A stretch of DNA of 64,000 bases from Psammoneis japonica (Eukaryota). The notes below the pieces were generated by a model, which searched no databases, was not told the DNA's origin, and saw only the letters and a list, made by a program, of their open reading frames with translations. The DNA lies in assembly GCA_008632985.1 (NCBI GenBank), contig QPGO01000022.1:1-64000 (forward strand). Reading direction: 5' to 3'. Made by a program: the position numbers and the translations under genes. Positions 40,321 through 52,924 of the stretch are shown piece by piece; positions within the stretch are counted from its first letter, which is position 1; the number at the start of each line of letters is the position of its first letter.

Positions 40321-40666
40321 TGTGGGAAAGTAGCCGGAATTCTAGGATTTGTCTGCACTTTCAGTGATTAAAAGCTGCAATTGCGACACAACAATCAATC
40401 AGCAACTTTGTTGCACCAAAAGTTGAGAGGTGATGATCAGTGCACTAGAAAGGTTGTGAGCAGTTTTGTGAGCAGATGCAGCTGCAAACTAAAAGAAACG
40501 CAAAGTTAAACAAGCACAAAGCCAGGAACAAACATCGCATTTGTGACTCGGCTTCCGCGGATTCGAGACTGAGCATCGCACACGGGGTTCGAATCTTGGA
40601 TCTCTGATTTGAATCGTGGAGGTCCAACGTTGTTGTAAAACATGCAAATGTGGATGTGTTGTCACA
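40321..40666 (-). repeat. 5' LTR of the Copia element
   Basis: TG...CA termini; aligns to 30044-30404. Confidence 0.9.
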
Positions 40667-41379
40667 CGTTGTTCTTTGAGAAAGATGAAAGATGTGCATG
40701 TGCTGCTGCAACCCGATTGGTGCATTGCTTTGCAACAGAATTTTACACCATCTCACCTGGTTTGGAGTCACGACAAAGCCATGAGTGGCAGCAGCCATGA
40801 AGGCGAGAAGCATGAGGTTCAAGTGGACCATCGTGGTGTCAAGAAAAATTGGGTGAAAAAAGATGCAGCATGTGTTGACATCGCCAAGATTTTTGAGCTG
40901 ATGTTTGGACGTCACTTCCAGTGTGTTTTCTGTGACCACGGCGACTGTGTGCAGCACCAGAATGTTGCTGACGTCACATGTTGAAGCATTGGCTTTGAGC
41001 ATTTTCAAAAAAGCTTCATGCAAAGACAAATGAATGTGCTCTCAAAGATGTTCGCGTGACAACTCCGACTGCTCCGACCGACCCGACCCATCACAATCCG
41101 TCATCACAAACATCATCATCTCAAGGTTGCGATGGTTGAAAGCAAAGGATCAACATGCTCTCTTTGCATTCTTTGCGCACACCATGATGAAGAGCTGCTG
41201 GTGGTGGTGTGTTTTCTTCTTCTTGGGCGGGCGGGTGAGGTGGGCACACACGTGTGAGCTGAGAGTCTCTGACTTTTCAACCAACACAATGCACCACTTT
41301 GCTCTTTCTTTCTTGTCAGGTTCTGCTGCTTGACCTGGATTTTTTGCTTTTTCCTCTGAAGCAGCATCTCTTTTCAGGG

Positions 41380-41545
41380 CCCAGCCACCAAACAGGGTGG
41401 GCTTGTTTTGCAAAATGGCACAGGCAGACGCCAACCGTGGGTTGAAAGCATCGCTGTTTTTTTGTGACATCCAACCTTGATTGCCCCTCAACCTTCACAA
41501 ATCATTCTTGATGCATCGAGTCATGGCATCGCCGTTTGCTTCATC
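41380..41545 (-). pseudogene. Hypermutated fragment of the kelch-repeat gene
   Basis: 'NPRLASACAILQNKPTLFGGW'; aligns to about 55180-55340. Confidence 0.8.
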
Positions 41546-42446
41546 AAAGGCCCATTTCCATGAACTGTCTTGTGGTCAGACCAATGGACATTGTTGTAGA
41601 TGGCGTTTGTGAGTGCCCCCGCACACACATTCATTTGTGATGAATCATGGTCATTTGACACAAATCACACTGATTTGCCACAAACAGTCATGATTGGAAA
41701 TGAGTGAATGTCCACACCAACCAACAAACAATGTCTGTTGGTTCGAACAAAATGTCGCACACTTCCAACAAATGTCCATGGGCTCAAAGCCAGGGATGTG
41801 CATCCAACCAGCACAGTGAAATTCAAGAAGTTTGCACCCACACAAAATGTTCAAGTGGCCATCTAAAGTGCGGCTTCTGCAATGTAAGAATGCTTGAGTT
41901 GGACAACAACAAAATTGTGATCATGGGTTTTCATCTGCCAAACCACCATCAGCACCAGCTTGCTGACCTTGGCACAGCTCACCATGTGGGGTCTCCCCCT
42001 TGTCACCCAAGTCGTGAAGTCCTCCCCCACTTGCTTTCCGTGGCTGCCTGAAATCATTCTGCACAAATCTTCCCATCAACCAAGTTGCTCACTTGTGGTG
42101 TTGCATTGGATCTCCATGACTGGCTCCTTGAAGAACTTGTTGGTGCTCTTGGCAACCATCCCCTCCCTTGCTCTTCCCCTTGGTGCCCTGCATTGTCTCT
42201 TCCCATGCCCTCCTTTGCCGGGTGCAAGTTGCTTGGCACAAAGCACTTGAGTCATCTTGCACACTTTCTCTTCTTTGCAACAGCCTCTTTTTGCATGAGC
42301 CCCTTGTTGGCGATGCTCTCAAGCTCGTTCGCAACACCCATCAGAGCTGGGAGTCACTCTCTTGTCTTGTCCCACCCCTGTGTCATTGGAAATGGCTGTG
42401 CTGCTGGTGTGAGTTTTGAATCTTGTGCAACATCAATTCTCTAATG

Positions 42447-42762
42447 AAACTTGTGGCAAAGCTTGTCTTTGTGCAGCACGCCTGTTTTGTCCAGTCATTT
42501 TGTGCCAAGAGTGTGGCACTCAGAAAAGCTTCTTCTTTGACATGAAATCTCTTGCCTTGATGATGTCTCTGCCAGCCTTTTGACCATCGGCCATTTGCAA
42601 CATCAATCCCTCAGCAAAACTTGCTGCAAAACTTGTTCTTGTGCAGCATGCCTGTTTTGTTGCACAAAGCTTGAGTGCAATGCTCAGAAAAGCCTTGTTT
42701 TTGACACGATCTCTTGCCTTGATGATGATGTCTCTGTGCCAGCCTTTTGATCATTGGCCATC
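42447..42762. repeat. Diverged tandem duplication, about 170-bp period
   Basis: 42447-42597 aligns to 42616-42762. Confidence 0.75.
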
Positions 42763-43244
42763 CACTTGCTCAGATTGGTCTGCTGTCTCTGAGGCGCAGT
42801 TGCAACAACTCTTTGTTGTTTTTTGTGTCCTGTGTTTGCCTGCACTTGCTGTGGCCACACTGCTTTGCATGCTGTTGCAAGCCAGCCCTCCCTTTTTTGT
42901 GTTGTCTCTTGAGTCTTGCAGAGCAATGGTTGTCTTTTTTCCCCCTTTGTGTTTTTTCACTTGCCTGAAAAGGGCACTTCCCCTGTGTTTTTTTTATTGT
43001 CCTGCGGAGTGTCACAAAGCTGTTCAAGGACAGTGCAAAGAAGCATCAAAAACATGCATGACTCCGATTCTTCACTGCACTGAGGGAATGAATTTCCACA
43101 TTGGTGACTGCATTCATGACATCAAAGGGATTGTGGACATCCTCCCTGCCAAGCATCAAACCGGTTCTGAACAAAAGAATGTTTTGGTGATTGAGCAAAT
43201 GTCATAAAAAAGCACAACAAATTCTGTTAGAAGAACTTCCAGGC

Positions 43245-46200
43245 TGGGTTGACGACCCAACTCCCGATGCAGTCCCCCTTTGTGGACAGTCCTCAACCCA
43301 CTGTCCAAGGCCTTTTGGATGAAATGCCAGACACGGCTAAATCTGTTACATTGGCCAGCATTCGCAGCTGGGGCTCCGTTGACTTGTCAGACATCTCACC
43401 AGATGGCTCGGCTTTGCCTCCTCCTCCACCAGCAACCCCCAGCATTCCTCCAGTGCCTCCTGTTGTTGGCGGCCATCAGTTCTCAACACATGCCCAGGTG
43501 CTCGAGTTGTCTGCAGGCACTGCTGCTCCTCCCAATGTCGGCACGTCCGATTTGACCCCTCAAGTTAGTGAGATTAATCGTCTTTGCCATGAACTTCTCC
43601 AAATGCCCCAAGAACAGGATGCCAAGTTGCAATGCATCAAGGAACAACACCGCCAGGACCAGGACGAATGAGAGAAGGCAATGGAAGAGAAGCATAAATT
43701 GTCCTTGCTCCAAATCCAACAGAGTCACCAACAGCAGCTCAACGCATTGATGGGGCAGTTCCGGGAGTTTCTGGAAGAGCAGTTCCCACCTGCCAATCAA
43801 GATTCAGTGTCCTCTCCAGCCCAAAAGAAACCAAGCATTTCCGCTCCAGCGGGGTCCTCACAGAAGAACCTCCCTCTGACACGACCATGACTGACGTTGC
43901 TCAAGATGCAATGGATTTTCCACAGGGCAGACAAAGTCGTCTTCTCCACCTGTCCCATGCAACGCAGAGGCAGCCTCTGATAAAAAGTCTTCCTTCGAGG
44001 AAGCAAGGCCTCAACATGAGTGAGGATTCTTCCTCACAGTCAACAAGAACTGCTGCCAGGCAGCACCCCTGTCCAGATGCACAACCCACCACCCCTGCAG
44101 CTGCTCAAAAATGGAATGATCTCCTTGATGGTTGCCAACATGGCTTGCCACCTCAAACAATTGACTGCTCCTTGTCAAACAGCAATGACGCCATCGGAGA
44201 CCCTCCAGGTCCAAAGAATCCCACAGCCACTCGTCTCTTTGCATTTAACGTGAATGGTTGCTCCTGCAACTTGTCAGGTGGAGACTTCAACAAACATTGT
44301 CAGGTCACCAATGAAACTCAATCAGACATTGTTGACATTTCAGAAATGTGCTTGGATGCAACACAACCCCAAGTCGCTCAACATTCAGCATCCTCCATCC
44401 CATTCACCACCCCACACAAGCCGGGTGGCATTGCCATCATCTCGTGTAATTCCATTTCATCCCAATGCCGCACCAAGCAAATGGACCCATTGGGCTGTTG
44501 GTCTATTCAGGTGTTTGACAGCAGCCAAGGAAAACAGGCAATGTTTGTCTCTTGCCACCGTGTGTGTCGGGACAATGCGTCTTCTGCCGGAAAAACAACA
44601 GCATGCACTCAACAAGTCAATTTTCTCCATCAGCAAGGACGAGCTCACCCTGAACCGAGACGAGCATTTTGCACATTCTGGAAATTTTTCTGGACAAGCC
44701 AAATGGAGAAGTTTTCCTTTTCAGGGATTTCAATGCTGTCTTTCACAATGACACAGACCCGTCAGCTTGCATGGCTCAGCGCTTCAAGTTGTTTGACATC
44801 ATGTTTTGCCACATGCAACACATGGATTTTGCCACCTGTCTTCGAGGGTCCAAATGCCCCCTTGACTGCACACTGGCCACCCCTGGAGCTCTAGATTTGG
44901 TTCTCCAATGTGGATGCAAACCTTTCGGCTGCAGAATGTTGTCGGACCACCAAGCCTGCTTTGTTGATTTTGACACTCAACTGCTGTTTGGTGATCCTTC
45001 TGTTGAGATTCCACGGTTTGCTCACCGTCACCTTCAAGCATCCTCTCCCAAACACGTGACCACGTGCCTCGAGTCCATTGGTCCCATGTTGGATGGTTGA
45101 AATGTCTTGGCACAAATGATCGATCTGTTAGAATCCTCCGAGCCTGACCACCACCCAGCGGAGCGCCTGGACAGAGACATGACACAATTCTGCATTGCCG
45201 CTGCCAAACATTGCGGTCAACATCAAGAACCAGCCTGGTTGCTGAAGTCAGCCAATCTTCACAGGAAGGTGTTTGTCCTTTCCTGTCTCCTGTCTGTGTT
45301 CAAGAACAGAATCAACTTTGTTGATGCCATCATGCATGAGCAGCACAAGTTGGATGCATCTTTCCTCCTTCCTTCCACTGGGGATGCATGTCAGCAGGCC
45401 CTTTGGAAAGCACAGGCTGAATGTGAGAAAGCAGCCAGGGACAGTTTGCATCACCAAGAGAAGGAGCGGGACGCTTGCATTGCTGAACTTGACTTGGAAG
45501 GTGCTCCCACATCCAAGAAAGAGGCGAGGATGCTCCGCAACCTGAGGTGTGCAGAGGAAACTGACCGAGTGTTCCGGAAGATTGATGCCTTTGCAGACAA
45601 AGATGGATCCAGCATGAACAATATTCAAGTTCCCGAGAACCCCCAAGAGAATCCTAAAACCTGTGACAATTGGATTGCTGTCAATGCACCATCAGATGTC
45701 ATGGCAGCTTTGACAGCACGCAATGGGAAACACTTTGGACAAGCACATGGCACCCCGTGGACAGTTCCTCCTTTGTCAATGGACTTGGGACACGAAGGAA
45801 ACACGATTGTGGCAGATTTGATTCTGGATGGCGAGTGTAAAAAGATTGGCATGTCAGAAGCCACTGCCATGCTGATTAAACACCTGCAACGCCGGACTCA
45901 AGTGTCAGTGTCCAATTTTCTGATGGCTGTCAATCTCCAAGGAAAATTCAAGGCATGGTCAGAATCCACATCCACCTCCATCAAGTCTGGTCTTCATCTC
46001 GGCCACTGGAAAGCCATGCACTCAAAACATCTGCACTCATCTGCAACGGACTCTTTCAGCAATCCTGCTGAACAACGCGAGCAATTAGACCAGATGCAAG
46101 AGACTCTCTGGTCCATCCAACTCAACTTGTTGAATTGTGCCCTCAAGTGGGGTCGTTCATGTGATCAGTGGCAAGATGTCGTGAACATCATGATTTTTAA

Positions 46201-49200
46201 GGAGCCCAGCAACAACTGCATCCATTGTTTGCATGTTGTGCACATTTACAAGGCCGACTTTCAATTGATCACGAGTGTAAAATGGAGGGTGCTAGCACAG
46301 CACATGGAGGCTGGTCAGTTCTTCAACCCCAGCATCTGTGGCACCCGTGCATTTTTGTGTCCTCAGACTCCAGTGTTCCTTGAAGTCTTGGTGCTAGAAA
46401 TCTCCCGCACTTCTCAGAAGATGCTGCCAACCAGAGATGACAATTGCACCTCTTGTTGTGATCAAAACCTTCCAGCCCTTGTGGCGATTCCATCAGTTGG
46501 CCTGGGCATGGACCCACAGGCGGTGGCTGCATGCATTGAGACCATTCACTTGGCAAGATGCTGGTTGCTGACTCTGTTGGGACTGTCCAATGCATCATGC
46601 TCTCACACCCCGGCACATCCCACACATGGCACAGGACAAGGCAGCGGCAACTCCCCATTCCACTGGGACAACTTGTGCAGTCTGCCATTTGACATCTTTG
46701 ATTCCAAGAAGGCTCATGGCGCATTTTTTGAACCCCCCAACGGCACTCATCAGATCAACATTTGTGCCCGTGGTCATGTTGATGACACGTTTAAACAAGC
46801 AAATGAATTTCGTGCTTCCCCCCAACCCTCGGTGGAAGAACTGGCTCTCAATCTACAGCATGACAACCAGCTGTGGTGTGACTTGTCACATGCCAGCGGT
46901 CACGAGCTTGAACTCCCCAAGTGCTCCTTTCATGCCATTGAATGGGAATTTTCAGAATGTGGTGAACCAAGTCTCCGCCCATGCAATCAGGACCTGAGCA
47001 TTGAAATCTTCTCTGCAGATTGCTCCACCTCCCAAGAAAGCACTCAACTGTCTTCATTTGCCACTCATAAAACCTTGGGTCATCATGTTGCCCCAGCCGG
47101 AACATTGCAGAAACAGTTCCATGAGTTGAAAAACACGAGCAACGGCAAAGCTCTCTTCATCAGAGCTGTCCCGCTTGCCCGGTCTGAATCCTGGTGGTGC
47201 TGCTGTGCGTGCTGTCTGCCATCTGTTGTGTTTGTTTTGGCAAACTCTCATTTTACCATGAAAGCTCTTTTGAAGATGCAACAGTGAGCCACAAGAATCA
47301 TTTTTGCCAAGTGTGGTTACAACAGAAACACCAAAAAGATTGCATTGTGCAGCCCTCAGTCCTTGGGTGGTGGAGGATTTTGATCCTCAGACGCAGAGCA
47401 AGGTGCTGCCCAAATCCATCAGTTGCTCAAGCATTCTCGGGGAGCACAACCGCTTCTTGCAGATGATCAGCCCTGCAAGGTTGTTCATGTGGCTTCAGCG
47501 TGGCACCAATTGAGTCCAGGCATGGGCGTGAGCTTTCTGCAGGATGTCAGCACCCCCCATCCACACAGTGAGTCACCATGGTTTGCTTCAGTGCATTCCT
47601 TTTTACACCAGATTGGTGGATGCATCCGAGTGGCAGATGACGGCGCACTCCCGTTACAATGTGATGACGATCAGCATCTCATGGACGTCACTCTGGCATC
47701 AGCGGAATTTTCGTCCCTGGAGATCAAATGATGGATCAACTGTTGTCGCCTCTGTCTCAAGGTTCTCATGGTTTGTTTCTGACATCACGTTGGCAAATGG
47801 TCTCGAATTGGATGAATCCAAAATGTGCGGAGACCCAACACATCTCAGCAGCGTGAGCACCCTCAACAACATCGAGCAAACCAAGCCATGTCCCAAAGCC
47901 TGGCAACCATGGATCCAATTGTGTGGCATGCTTTGTCACCCTGACTCAACTCTTCTTCATCATCCATCAAGGGACTGGCTGGTGCCTCAAATAGAAATGC
48001 GCATGCAAGCAGCTGCTCAATTTTCTCCAAGCAAATCACATCTGTGTGTCCATTCCTCAAATGGCTTTGACATCTTTTTGGTGAGCCAAGCTAAAGCAAC
48101 CTCCCTTTCTGAAATCGAAACTGTTCCGCAAGCATTGGATGACTCGCATCCAGTGGAACTGAGCATGGCCACCGATGGTTGTTGGCAGTTCACCCCTCAC
48201 CGGTCAAAGCTTAAACTGGAACAACCCATCCCCATCCCAGATTTCTTCCGCAATTGCTTGCAATCCCTTCCAAAATGGGAATCTTCCTTGTTCATTCAGA
48301 TGGACTTTCACGTGCCAATCCATGAGCTTGTTGACATTGTGGTTCTTTGTCGGGTCACTTCCGGCAGCAACAGTTCTGTGAAACAGAAACAAGCCACGTT
48401 TGGGTGGACTGTCATGGACGATGGCCGCCCTTTGGTTGATTGCACGGGGCCTGTTTTTGGACGATCACCTTCTTTGTAAAGGGCAGAGGTGCATGGAGTG
48501 CTTTCCCTGCTGAGATTTATTTTTTGACTGTTAGAGTTTTGCAAAGCATGCCAACATCAGGGTGTTGAAAACTGGTGTGACAACAAGGCTTTGGTTTTGG
48601 TGCTCCACAAGTTGTTCGGCTCATGCCCAGCTGTTGATCCTCAGTCTGCACCCTCTGAAACGGATTGCAGCCTGCAGTTCCATGGGGCAAACGTGTTGTC
48701 TTTGGACTGGGATGTTGTCAATGAGATTTTTCAGTCCCACACAGACATTGACAAGTTTCTGGACTTTTTCTCTGTTGCCAGATCACCGTCCACTGAATGG
48801 GTCAAGGGACACCAAGACAGAGAGTTCCCCGCAGCATCTCCACCACTCAATGCCAGAGTCAATGCACAAGCTGACAGGATTGCCGGACAATTTCAGGGAC
48901 AATGTTTTTTTGACACCTCTGCAGTCACAGCATTCCCACATTGCCAAAAGCATCTGGACCTTGCAGATGGCACAGTCACCACAGGATGCAAATCAGCAAT
49001 CAGACATGCCACCACCACCACCCCAGCCTTGTTGGCCTGCATCCAGGAGTGGAGTGACTGGGGTGAGACTGCTGCTGACAAATTGATTGGACAGTCCATG
49101 CTACACTCATTCAACGATTCTCAAAGAAACATGTTTCCACAGTCAAACTCTTGCATGAACTGCTGCCCACAAAAAAAATTGCAAATGGATGCAACCTGGC

Positions 49201-50070
49201 ACGTCCTCATCACTGCCTTGCCTGTGAACTCCCCATGGAGGATCAAGACCACATTCACAGGTGTCCAGACAACAAGCCTTGGAGAAGGAAGTTCGACATT
49301 GTGACAAGACAGACACAATGCCCCCTTTGCGTGAAGTTCAACATTGTGACAAGACAGACACAATGCCCCCTTTGCATGACTTTCTCCTCCAGATGTTAGA
49401 GGCCTGGTTCCAGGGTGCTGTGGCACATGACATGGACACACCTCCACTCCTTCGTACACTGTGGCACAAGCAGACTGACACACAGGATGAACGGGAGATT
49501 CTCTAAGTTGTGGAATGTCCACCAAGAGATGCACCTTTGAGAAACCAGAAAGTTGGAGCAACATCGCTGGGAAAATAGCCCCCCTCTGGTGTGGTCAGTT
49601 CAAATTGGCACTTGCATTTGGAAAGCATGGTGGGAGCTTTGGGAACAGCACAATGCGGCCATGCATGGACATGATGCAGATTCCTGGAAGTCTTCACTGC
49701 AGCGTCAGGCGGAAGCAGAACTTATGGCCATTTACAATGAATGCCAGGAGTGTCTTGCACGTGACCACGATGCACTGTTGGAGTCAGTGGAAGAACACAT
49801 GAGTTGCTCAACATCATGAATCCTAAATTGGGTTGCAATGATTAAACCACGCCTGAAAGACAGCTTGAAAAAGGCAAAGCACTCCCCGCTTTGCGGCACT
49901 TGCTTGATTGCAAGTTATTTTGGTGGGGCGTCACCTTCTGGTGACGCCCATCCCGGCCAGTCACGGACTGCTTCTGCCGCACCTTACGGTGTGCTGGAAG
50001 TGTGGGTCAGCCAGCGCCAGCCTGGCTGGCAAAGGACTGACAGCACTTAAAAATTGTTTTTTTTTTTTCC
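43245..50070 (+). mobile_element. Long Ambal-like non-LTR retrotransposon (ORF1 remnant; APE endonuclease, RT, RNase H), dead and hypermutated
   Basis: APE start 'RLFAFNVNG' and 'SDHQA'; RT 'GLHLGHWKA', 'HGTGQGSGNSP', 'GHVDD'; RNase H 'ATFGW', 'RAEVHG', 'WVKGHQD', 'NAQADRIA'. 5' boundary uncertain; clade call is from memory of diatom LINEs. Confidence 0.88.
49291..49379. repeat. 45-bp tandem duplication inside the LINE
   Basis: GTTC(G/A)ACATTGTGACAAGACAGACACAATGCCCCCTTTGC(G/A)TGA occurs twice; the copies differ at CG versus CA sites. Confidence 0.9.
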
Positions 50071-50735
50071 CTGTGTTTTTTTTATTTGGCTGTGCATCTG
50101 CACTCAAATTTAAATGGGCCCTCTGTCTAAAAACAAGAGCTGTTTTACGCATGATTTCTGTGTGGCTTGTGTGTGAGGAAAATGTGCTTTCGCCAACCTC
50201 TCAAGTTGTCAACCGTGATGACCATGATGCAGCACATTTGGGTCAATTTCCAAGTCTCACGGAGTGAAAATCACTGATGAGTCACATCATGACGTGACCA
50301 CAACAATGAACACATGTCATCAGATGCAGCACATCCCATGCTGAAGGCATGTTTTGCTGCCAATTCATTGATCAGCGGTCTCAACAATCAACCACGAACT
50401 TGCCGCTTGTGTCAAAAGGAAGGAGGCTGTTCTTTTTTTGTTGTTGGTTGCAGTTTTGCAGTGACTGTTTGTGCTTCATGAAAGATGGAATGAGCATCAA
50501 TGCTGCTGCACTTCATTGTCATGGTGAGGTCAAATTGTTTGGCAGCTCTTGATGAGGTGTGAAGCTCAGTCTTGCACAGAGAATCCATGGACTCCTTGTC
50601 ATGCCACTTTTGCGGTTCTGCGCTGATTTGCAAAAAACATGGGGGATTGGATCCACAGATCACAAGTGGAAGGGACAAATGCCTCACACACAATTGGTTG
50701 GACAAATGCTGCAAACAAAACATTGTGAGTCGACA

Positions 50736-51072
50736 GTGGTGAGGATGGGTTTTTGAGGGGGGAAACAGAAAAAGGTGAAAATTTTGCTGAATGATTGGCG
50801 TTTGTCATGAAGACAGAAATGCAGTGCTTTTGGCAGCAATGCCATGCACAATGTGAAAACAAACATCTTTCAGTTGGAACAAAGTGCAGTTGTTCAGAGA
50901 TGAGATTGTGAGTTGATGGTGAGCATGGGTTTTGAGGGGGAAACAGAAAAAGCAAGGTGAAAATTTTGCTGAATGGTTGACGCTCATCACGATGAAGACA
51001 GAAATGCAGCGCTTTTGGCAGAAATGCACGCACAATGTGAAAACAAACATGTTTCAGTTGGAACAAAATGCA
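50736..51072. repeat. Diverged tandem duplication, about 180-bp period
   Basis: 50736-50888 aligns to 50917-51072. Confidence 0.85.
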
Positions 51073-51354
51073 CTTCGTTCAGAGACAGCAGAGCAATGCT
51101 GCCATGTTGCTTGGCATGTTGGCACTCAAGTCAACAAGTGCACATTGAACAAAATGCACCCAGGAGCAACAAGCACAAAATGTGCCAATCAGGTTGGTGA
51201 AAACAAATGAAAATGTTGCACTCCCAACAACAAGTGAATGTCGACTTCAATCTGGAGGGGGGTCAACCAATGTTTGCACACGTGTGCATGCCATGAGATG
51301 GTGGGGTTTGACGACCTGTGACTCACGGCCTTTTCTGTGGGTCTCTGATGTTCT

Positions 51355-52912
51355 TTTTCTTCCACACACACCCACCAAAGATGCACAAGTCACCTTGATT
51401 TGTCACAAAAGAGATGTGCCCAGATTAGGGCAGATTGATTTTTGCACTCCTCTTGGAAAGATCTGTTCACTCGGCCTTGCAGCTTGTTGCCAAACTCTTT
51501 GCTTGTGGCGTGTCATTGCAAATGACAATGACAAAGTGCGCAGCTCAACTGTGACACACAGCGGTTGCTCATTGTCCTGTTTTGTGCTGTTGCTGTTGAC
51601 ATTGCTTGTGTCAGCAGCAGCAACAACAAAACAACAAAAGAGAAAAATTCTCCGCCAAACCTCACTTTTTTTCCAAGTGTGAGAGAAAAAAATTTGCTCA
51701 AAATGGAAAAAAATGTGGCCTGCTGCAGGAAAAAATTGTTTTTCTCCACCGAAACTCATTTTTTTCCAAATGCGAGAAAAAAATGCTCAATGTGGGTTTA
51801 CACACATGTTCAGTCATTGACAGTTGCCAGCGAACTGCATGGAACAAAAAAGATTTTGACCGGACAGAATCGGACAAGAATCGGGAAAAAATCTGCCGAC
51901 ATCTTTTTTCGGAAAAAGGCACACACATTTTCAGTCATTTTAAAGAAATTCACCAATCTCAAGATGCACCTTGTCCTTTTTGTTGCTGCCAGCCCTGAGC
52001 GAATGAGCGGCTTGTTGGACACGATCATGCAAGAGCTGACATTTCTTGTCAGATGCCTTTTCAATGAGTCCCTCATTGGATGCCAAGATGAGGGTTTTTG
52101 TTGTCTCTTCCTCCAAATTGATGATTCATGATGGACACTTGGAGGTCGACGTCAAAAGTCAAAAAGAGGCATGCCACATTTTTGAGAAGGCACTGCCCCT
52201 CAGAAGCAAGATGTTTGATTCCTGCACAAACCACATCGACAACATCATCTGAGGCACTCATTTCTGCCACAATGCAGTTGACATTGCAGCTCCAATCACA
52301 AGACACTGGTGGGCTTGTTTTGTAAAATGGAGCAGGCAGATGCCAACCGTGGGTTGGGAGCATCGCTTTTTTTTGTGGAATCCAACCTTGGTTGCTGCTC
52401 CACTTCCACAAATCACTCTTGATGTGTCCAGTTGTGGCTTTGCCATTTCCTTCTTGCTCTTCCACGCGTCCACCAAAGATGCACAAGTCACCTTGATTGT
52501 TGCACAAGAAACATGTCCGGATCGGGGTGGAGTGGTTGTTGCACTCTTCTTGGAAAGATCCATCAGCTCGGCCTTGCAGATCATTGCCAAACTCTCAACT
52601 TGCAGCGTCGTCACAAAGAACAAGAACGCAAGTGTGCAGCTCAACTGCGACATGCAGCGGCAAGAACTCATCATCCTGTTTTGTGTTGTTGTTGTTGACA
52701 CTGCTTGTGACAGCAGCAACAACAACAACAACAGCACAACAAAAGAAAAAAATTCTCAAAAAAAGAGAAAAATTCTCCGCCGAACCTCACTTTTTTCCAA
52801 ATGTGAGAAAAATTTGCTCAAAATGAAAAAAATCGGCCTGCCGCACGAAAAAATCATTTTTCTTCGCCGAAACTCTTTTTTTTTCCAAATGTGAGAAAAA
52901 ATTTGGGTTTGC
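51355..52912. repeat. Two hypermutated partial copies of the mosaic unit at 54230-56060 (kelch 5' part plus A-tract module; the second also carries an AAA-ATPase fragment)
   Basis: 51355-51955 aligns to about 55345-56060; 51955-52305 aligns to 54230-54614; 52308-52912 aligns to 55194-55695. Confidence 0.9.
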
Positions 52913-52924
52913 ACATTTCTTTCA

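Larger units (their letters stand above)
30044..40666 (-). mobile_element. Structurally complete but dead CoDi-like Ty1/Copia LTR retrotransposon, interrupted by a DNA transposon
   Basis: Two LTRs. On the minus strand: gag (about 38950-40246), protease 'DSDSFVIGVDSHSS' (about 38300), integrase (36102-37540, 'HFQNGIAEKR'), RT (35090-36089) and RNase H (30440-31030, 'STAEAEF', 'FEDNSRA', 'QIADIFAKPL'), i.e. Copia order. PPT GAAGGGAG at 30405-30412. CGTT direct repeat at 30040-30043 and 40667-40670. Confidence 0.93.

Noticed and set aside
41650..43200. Possible coding relics between the Copia and the LINE
   Set aside because: No identifiable motifs; would need TA-restored translation and a profile search.
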